Source of the DNA: Abditibacterium sp.
GTDB lineage: Bacteria > Armatimonadota > Abditibacteriia > Abditibacteriales > Abditibacteriaceae
Reading direction: 5' to 3'
NCBI GenBank assembly: GCA_965199495.1
Contig: CBDASK010000003.1
Span: 2,400,001-2,464,000, forward strand
Length of the DNA: 64,000 nt
The notes beneath the pieces were generated by a model that searched no databases, was not told where the DNA came from, and worked only from the letters and a program-made list of their open reading frames with translations. Positions within the stretch are counted from its first letter, which is position 1; each line of letters opens with the position of its first letter. A program made the translations under genes and the position numbers. Shown piece by piece: positions 58,695 through 64,000 of the stretch.

Positions 58695-58793
58695 CGTAGA
58701 GACACCGACTTGTCGTGTCTAATAAGATTGAAATTGCCTTCGCGTTGAAGCAATTCTAACCTTTATTAGACACGACAAGTCGGTGTCTCTACG
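58695..58793. repeat. GTAG-REP doublet, GTAGAGAC family
   Basis: CGTAGAGACACCGACTTGTCGTGTCTAA, identical to the core of the 2064 element. Confidence 0.9.
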
Positions 58794-58841
58794 AGAATTC
58801 TGATTATTGAGCCGCACCGCCGTTGCTACACTAAGTCGCCC

Positions 58842-60293
58842 GTGAGCAACCCGACAATGCAAGATTTTTCCAACACGACCGCCGCCGTCATCGGACTGGC
58901 GCGCGCGGGCGCGCCCGCCGCCCGATTTTTACTGGAGCGCGGCGCTCGCGTTATCGGCTACGATTCCAAAGCGCACGCCGAACTATCCGACGAAGCGCGC
59001 CAACTCGAACGCGATGGCGTGCAAATTTACGCAGGCGAGCATAATTACGAAAACATCGAAACCGCCGATTTAATTATTTTGTCGCCCGGTTTGAAAGTTC
59101 ATTACGAACCGTTGCAAAGCCTCATCGCTCAAGCCGAAGCGCGCGGCGCCGAAGTCATCGGCGAATTGGAATTGGCCTCGCGCTTTTGTCCGTGCCCGAT
59201 GATCGGCGTGACCGGCACCAAAGGCAAAAGCACAACAGTAAAACTCATCACCGAAATGCTGCGCGCCTGCGGCGTGGCTGCTTTCAGCGCGGGCAATACC
59301 GGAACGCCGCTCATCGAAATGTTGCCGCAACTCACGCCCGATTCGTGGGCCGTCGTCGAAGTTTCGAGTTTTCAACTCGAAAAAGCGCCGACGTTCAAAC
59401 CAAAAATCGCGGTTTTGTTATCGCTTTTGGAAGATCATCAAGATTATCATCCGACGCTGGAGCAGTATTGGAAAACCAAGTTGAAATTATTCGCTAATCA
59501 AGATGAAAATGATATTGCGATTTATAATGTCGATGATGTTCGTGTGTTTGAAGAGTGGAAGAAAAGTAATGGAAAATATTTCACTTATGCAAATGCAAAA
59601 AACGAAGACGCAGTTGATATTTTTCCTCAAGAAGCTTTAGTGGCTCCACATACGAAATATTCACTTCACCTCGAATTAGATACATCTAAAGGAGCGATTC
59701 CTATCATCGAACAAGAAAAAGTGCCGCTTAAAGGAATTCATAACCTTTCCAATATTGCTGCTGCAATTGGTGCTGTTGGAAGTGTGCTAAATCTAACGAA
59801 TAAAGACGTTCAAGATTATTGCTCACAAATCGCGGATGCGATTCGCAATTTCCAAGCGTTGCCCCATCGGCTCGAAGTTGTCGCGCGCAAAGACGGCATC
59901 ACTTACGTCAACGATTCGCAGTCCACGATTCCCGATGCTTCGATTGCTGCGTTAAAAAGTTTTCCCGCGCCTGTGACTTTATTGTTGGGCGGCAAAGCGA
60001 AAATCGAGGCCGATTCTTATCGCGCTTTGATGGATGCAGTGCGCGAGTCGGGCGCGAAAATCGGGTTATTTGGCGAGGCGGCGGCGATGTTGGAAGAAGT
60101 GGCGCGCGCGCAAAATGTGAGAGATTTGCAAATAAATCGGGCCAACACGTTGGCAGAGGCGCTCGAATCTGCGAAAATAGAGGCGTCGCCCGGCGAAACT
60201 ATTGTTTTGAGTCCCGCTTGCGCTTCGTTCGATCAGTTCAAATCCTACGAAGATCGCGGCCAAACCTTTCGCGCGCTGGTTGATGCCCTCTAA
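58842..60293 (+). CDS. murD: UDP-N-acetylmuramoyl-L-alanine--D-glutamate ligase
   Basis: GLARAG, GVTGTKGKST, EVSSFQLE, HRLE, NDS, SPACASFDQFKSYEDRG; start may be 58857. Confidence 0.95.
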   Translation: MSNPTMQDFSNTTAAVIGLARAGAPAARFLLERGARVIGYDSKAHAELSDEARQLERDGVQIYAGEHNYENIETADLIILSPGLKVHYEPLQSLIAQAEARGAEVIGELELASRFCPCPMIGVTGTKGKSTTVKLITEMLRACGVAAFSAGNTGTPLIEMLPQLTPDSWAVVEVSSFQLEKAPTFKPKIAVLLSLLEDHQDYHPTLEQYWKTKLKLFANQDENDIAIYNVDDVRVFEEWKKSNGKYFTYANAKNEDAVDIFPQEALVAPHTKYSLHLELDTSKGAIPIIEQEKVPLKGIHNLSNIAAAIGAVGSVLNLTNKDVQDYCSQIADAIRNFQALPHRLEVVARKDGITYVNDSQSTIPDASIAALKSFPAPVTLLLGGKAKIEADSYRALMDAVRESGAKIGLFGEAAAMLEEVARAQNVRDLQINRANTLAEALESAKIEASPGETIVLSPACASFDQFKSYEDRGQTFRALVDAL

Positions 60294-60363
60294 ATTATTG
60301 CCCACTTTTTCCCTCGTTTTTACGCGAATGGAAAAACAATTGAATAGCCGTTCTGGAGAACCA

Positions 60364-61788
60364 ATGTCGCCCGAATCACAGCCCCAAACTCCACCCCTTT
60401 CTCCGCCCGCCACCGATGTTGACTTTCACGCGCTCCGCCAAAACCGGATGCGCGAAGCTCACGCACAGGCCGCCGTGCCCCTGCCCGAATTGAAAATCGG
60501 CGAAGTCTCGACTAATGAAGTCGCGCCCGAAAACGATCCGTTCGTGCCCGAAACGCCCGAAGCGCGGCGGCGCGCGGCCAAACTGCAAATCGAAAACGGC
60601 GCGCCCAAACTTTCGCCCGACGAATCGAAACAGTTCGAGCGCCTCATCAAATCGCGGCGCCTCGCGCCCTGCCATTGGGGCTTGCTCGTCGCTGCCTTGA
60701 TTTTGACGGCGCTCTCGATTCCGCTCGTCTATTCGGCTTCGACGGCGATTGCTTTGGATCAGCATCATGGCGATACCAACTTCTTTTTGTGGCGCCAGAT
60801 CGGTTACTCGATTGTCGGTTTGGGCGTCATGCTGTTCGCCTCGCGCATCGCGCCCGAAAAGTTGCGCGCTTTCGCGTGGGGACTTTACGCGTTCGCCATT
60901 TTGGGTCTGTTAGCGACCAAGTTTTCGCCGCTGGGTTATTCGATGGGCAACGTCGAACGCTGGGTCAAACTGGGGCCGCTGACGTTTCAGTTTTCCGAAT
61001 TGGCCAAAATCGCCGTCATTGGTATTATGGCCGATTTCTGGAGCCGGGCCGCGCGCCAATCGCAGAAGTCCATGACGCCGTGGCTGGTCACGGCGGCGCT
61101 GGCGGGCATCCCGATTGTTTTGACGTTTATTCAGCCGCACTTATCGGCGACGCTGGTTTTGCTGTTGTTGCCTTTGGCCGTCGCGTTTTTCGCGGGCGCG
61201 CCGACCAAACATTTCATCACGATTTTTGTGCCGTTTCTGGTTGTCATCGCTGCAACGATTGGCCTGTGCAAAACGCACAAAATGCCGTTTATGGCGCCCT
61301 ATCAACAAGACCGCATCGCCGCCAAGTTCGGCGGCGACGACGCCAGTGACGACCGGGGCAACAACTATCAATCGTTGCAGGGCCAGCGCGCCATTATGCG
61401 CGGCGGTCTCACCGGCGTGGGATTGGGCGCGTCGTTGTATAAACAGGGCCATCTGCCCGCGCCGCACACCGACTTTATTTTCGCGGTCATCGCCGAAGAG
61501 ACCGGCGCGTGGGGCGTGCTTTTGCTGCTCACGCTTTATGGCGCCATCGTGTTCTTCTGCTTTCAGATTGGGCACAGTGCCAGCAACGGTTTCGATTCGC
61601 TGCTCTGCGTTGGCATCGGCACGCTGTGGGCGTTGCAGGTTTTGGGCAATATCGCCGTCGTTTCGGGCGTGATGCCCGTCACCGGTATGCCGCTACCGAT
61701 TCTCACGTTCGGCGGTTCGGGATTGTGGTGCGCGCTGTTTGGTCTGGGCTTAGTTTTGGCCGTCTCGCGCGCACAGGGCGAAAGTTAA
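60364..61788 (+). CDS. ftsW: FtsW/RodA/SpoVE SEDS family protein
   Basis: RWVKLGPLTFQFSELAK, LPAPHTDFIFAVIAEETG, PVTGMPLP; follows murD; start uncertain. Confidence 0.88.
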   Translation: MSPESQPQTPPLSPPATDVDFHALRQNRMREAHAQAAVPLPELKIGEVSTNEVAPENDPFVPETPEARRRAAKLQIENGAPKLSPDESKQFERLIKSRRLAPCHWGLLVAALILTALSIPLVYSASTAIALDQHHGDTNFFLWRQIGYSIVGLGVMLFASRIAPEKLRAFAWGLYAFAILGLLATKFSPLGYSMGNVERWVKLGPLTFQFSELAKIAVIGIMADFWSRAARQSQKSMTPWLVTAALAGIPIVLTFIQPHLSATLVLLLLPLAVAFFAGAPTKHFITIFVPFLVVIAATIGLCKTHKMPFMAPYQQDRIAAKFGGDDASDDRGNNYQSLQGQRAIMRGGLTGVGLGASLYKQGHLPAPHTDFIFAVIAEETGAWGVLLLLTLYGAIVFFCFQIGHSASNGFDSLLCVGIGTLWALQVLGNIAVVSGVMPVTGMPLPILTFGGSGLWCALFGLGLVLAVSRAQGES

Positions 61789-61887
61789 AAGCAAGGGACA
61801 AGTGACAAGTAGAAGGGAACAAGGGCGACGCAGGGAGCCGTTGCCGCAAACCTTGTCCCGTGTTCCCTGTCCCTTGTCACTTTTTAA
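61786..61887. repeat. degenerate inverted heptamer-type repeats (GGGACAA/GTGACAA)
   Basis: AGGGACAAGTGACAAG ... CTTGTCCC...CCCTTGTCACT. Confidence 0.6.
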
Positions 61888-61890
61888 ATT

Positions 61891-62892
61891 ATGTATTTCA
61901 TCGGCATTGACGGCGGCGGGAGCACGACGCGGGCGGTTGTAATCAACGAGCACCGCGAAGTTTTGGGGCGCGGCGAGTCCGGCCCATCGAGTCATTATGC
62001 GGTCGGCCCGGCGGTGGCAACCACGTCGTGTCAGGAGGCGGCGCAATTGGCGATTCAAAACGCGCGCGATATACACCCGGATTTTGACGCCGAACAGATC
62101 GCCGCGTGGGGATTTGGTCTGGCGGGCGTGCGCCGCGAAGCCGATCAGGAACTGATGAACGCGTTTCTCTCCGAGATTTGCGACGTGCCGTTTTTGCTCG
62201 ATACCGATGTCGTCGCGGCGCACGCGGGCGCCTTTGCGGGCGATCCGGGCATTGTTGTCTCGGCGGGCACAGGCGCCATCACGTTGGGCGCCGACGAGTA
62301 TGGCGAGCAGTTTTACGCCGACGGCTGGGGACCGCTGATGGGCGACGAAGGCGGCGGTTATTGGATCGGCGTTGAGGCGTTGCGCGCCGTTTGCCGTTCG
62401 CTCGATGGGCGCTCGCACGCCACTCAACTGACAGCGCCGATTTTCAAGATGCTCGGCGTGGCTGATGGCGGGCAGTTGGTGCAGTTCGTCTATTCGGAGG
62501 TCTGCACGCGCAACGACATCGCGCGACTCGCCGAAATCGTGTTCGAGCTGGCCGATGCGGGCGTGCCCGAAGCCGTGGACATTCGCGCGCGCGCCGCTTC
62601 GATGATGTCGCGCGGCGTGCGTAGCGTGGCGCGCGCACTCTTGCAGCGTCGCCGCGAACGCGCCATCGAAAACAATGAGGAAGATAGCCCGCCCCTTGAC
62701 ATGTTGGTGGCACTGCGCGGCGGCATCTTCGAGGACGATTTCATGCGCGCGACACTGGGTTTTTCCGCGACCGAAGCGATGGTCGAACTCAAGCGCGATT
62801 ACCTGCCGATCAACAGTTGGCGCGTCGTCAAACCGCAGCACGACGCGGCAGTTGGCGCCGCGATTTTAGCGCAATTGTTGGTGTGGAATTAA
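61891..62892 (+). CDS. BadF/BadG/BcrA/BcrD ATPase family sugar kinase (GlcNAc/MurNAc kinase-like)
   Basis: GIDGGGSTT, SAGTGAI, DGWGPLMGDEGGGYWIG. Confidence 0.88.
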   Translation: MYFIGIDGGGSTTRAVVINEHREVLGRGESGPSSHYAVGPAVATTSCQEAAQLAIQNARDIHPDFDAEQIAAWGFGLAGVRREADQELMNAFLSEICDVPFLLDTDVVAAHAGAFAGDPGIVVSAGTGAITLGADEYGEQFYADGWGPLMGDEGGGYWIGVEALRAVCRSLDGRSHATQLTAPIFKMLGVADGGQLVQFVYSEVCTRNDIARLAEIVFELADAGVPEAVDIRARAASMMSRGVRSVARALLQRRRERAIENNEEDSPPLDMLVALRGGIFEDDFMRATLGFSATEAMVELKRDYLPINSWRVVKPQHDAAVGAAILAQLLVWN

Positions 62893-62907
62893 CTTTTAAA
62901 AATTCAA

Positions 62908-63072
62908 TTAGCCACCAAGGACACCAAGAAAACACCAAGAAAACACCAAGGGGCACCAAGAAGGGAGAAAAGAATGAAATGTAGAAGAACTATTTGTGGT
63001 CTTGCTTCTGCGTTTAAATTCTTCTCCCTTCTTGGTGCCCCTTGGTGTTTTTTTGGTGTCCTTGGTGGCTAA
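62908..63072. repeat. palindrome built from CACCAAG units
   Basis: TTAGCCACCAAGGACACCAAG... / ...CTTGGTGTCCTTGGTGGCTAA; left arm has one extra 11-bp unit. Confidence 0.9.
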
Positions 63073-63092
63073 AAACGTCAAACTAAAAATCA

Positions 63093-64000
63093 ATGATTTA
63101 TTTTGACAACGCCGCCACGACGCCGCTTCATCCTGCCGCTCTCGAAGCGATGATGCCTTATTTACAGGCGAAGTTCGGCAATCCTTCGTCGCTGCATCAT
63201 CTGGGCAAAGAGGCCCAGTTTGGCGTCGAGTGGGCGCGCGAAAGCGTCGCCGGTTTGCTGGGCGCGCGGCCCGCCGAAATTATCTTCAATTCGGGCGCCA
63301 CCGAAGGCAATAACCACGCCATCAAAGGCATCGCCGCGCATCTGTCGAGCAAAGGTCGCCACATCGTCACCACACAAATCGAACACGATGCGGTTGTGCA
63401 TCCGCTCGGCCAACTCGAAAAATTGGGCTACGAAGTGACGTATGTCGGCGTCAATTCGGGCGGCATTGTCAATTTCGATGAACTGCAAAACGCGCTGCGT
63501 CCCGACACGATTTTGGTTTCGGTGATGCACGCCAACAACGAGTTGGGAACGCTGCAACCGATTTCGCAAATCGGCGCCCTGTGCCGCGAGCGCGAGATAC
63601 TCTTTCACAGCGACGCCTGCCAAACCGTCGGCCACATTCCGGTTGATGTCAAAGCTCTGAACGTGGATTTGCTGACGTTATCGGGCCACAAGTTCTACGG
63701 CGCCAAAGGCGCGGGCGCGCTTTATGTGCGGCGCGGCGTGCGCTTGGAAACTTTGGTTGACGGCGGCCATCAACAAAAAGGTCGTCGCGCCGGAACCGAA
63801 AACGTGCCCGCAATTATCGCGATGGGCGCGGCTTGTCAAATCGCTGTTGCCGCGATGCAAAGCGGCGACGAAGCCGCCGTGGCTGCATTGCGCGAACGGC
63901 TCATCGAAGGCGTATTGAACGGCGATATGGGCGCGCATCTCAACGGCGACCGCAACAATCGCGTGCCGGGCATCGCCAATTTTTCGTTCGAGGGCATCGA
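63093..64000 (+). CDS. iscS: cysteine desulfurase (IscS/NifS type), 3'-partial
   Basis: translated by hand: MIYFDNAATTP, FGNPSSLH, SGATEGNN, HANNELG, HSDACQ, SGHKFYGAKG. Confidence 0.92.
   Translation, partial: MIYFDNAATTPLHPAALEAMMPYLQAKFGNPSSLHHLGKEAQFGVEWARESVAGLLGARPAEIIFNSGATEGNNHAIKGIAAHLSSKGRHIVTTQIEHDAVVHPLGQLEKLGYEVTYVGVNSGGIVNFDELQNALRPDTILVSVMHANNELGTLQPISQIGALCREREILFHSDACQTVGHIPVDVKALNVDLLTLSGHKFYGAKGAGALYVRRGVRLETLVDGGHQQKGRRAGTENVPAIIAMGAACQIAVAAMQSGDEAAVAALRERLIEGVLNGDMGAHLNGDRNNRVPGIANFSFEGI

Noticed and set aside
59470..59830. Intein or intron in murD
   Set aside because: No splice-junction residues, MurD motifs continue within the patch, and the protein length is near normal.
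62908..63072. CRISPR array
   Set aside because: The units are 9-11 bp with no unique spacers, they are inverted, and there are no cas genes in the window.
1996..63884. GCCGTGGCT as a Chi or KOPS site
   Set aside because: There is no strand polarity in this window (13 versus 10); not excluded without whole-genome data.
1..64000. tRNA, rRNA, prophage or autonomous transposase
   Set aside because: None recognised by eye; a covariance-model scan was not possible.

Overview
High-GC (about 60%) bacterial chromosome segment. Gene content (prepilin-type DUF1559/H-X9-DG proteins, a Dop homologue, many secreted sulfatases) fits Armatimonadota/Abditibacteriota; this is an inference. Housekeeping genes (argH, trxA, valS, ferredoxins, DEAD-box helicase, murD, ftsW-family, iscS-like) flank two accessory blocks. 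The first is a ~24-kb minus-strand sulfated-glycan locus (16.3-40.3 kb) built from two paralogous XylR + DUF1559 + sulfatase cassettes that share a spacing-conserved promoter motif. The second is a nitrate assimilation operon (48.5-58.7 kb). Two sequence-level signals stand out. (1) The 9-mer GCCGTGGCT (often GCCGTGGCTGC) occurs at least 23 times against about 1 expected. It has no strand bias, is read in at least four frames and forms an inverted-pair terminator, the pattern shown by DNA-uptake sequences. (2) About 18 long palindromic cassettes from several unrelated families (GTAG REP doublets/REPINs and others) fill many intergenic gaps, with no transposase in the window. Also noted: a doubly frameshifted zeta-toxin-like pseudogene coupled to an orphan dop, and an AT-rich in-frame patch inside murD. 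All counts and GC values are by eye.
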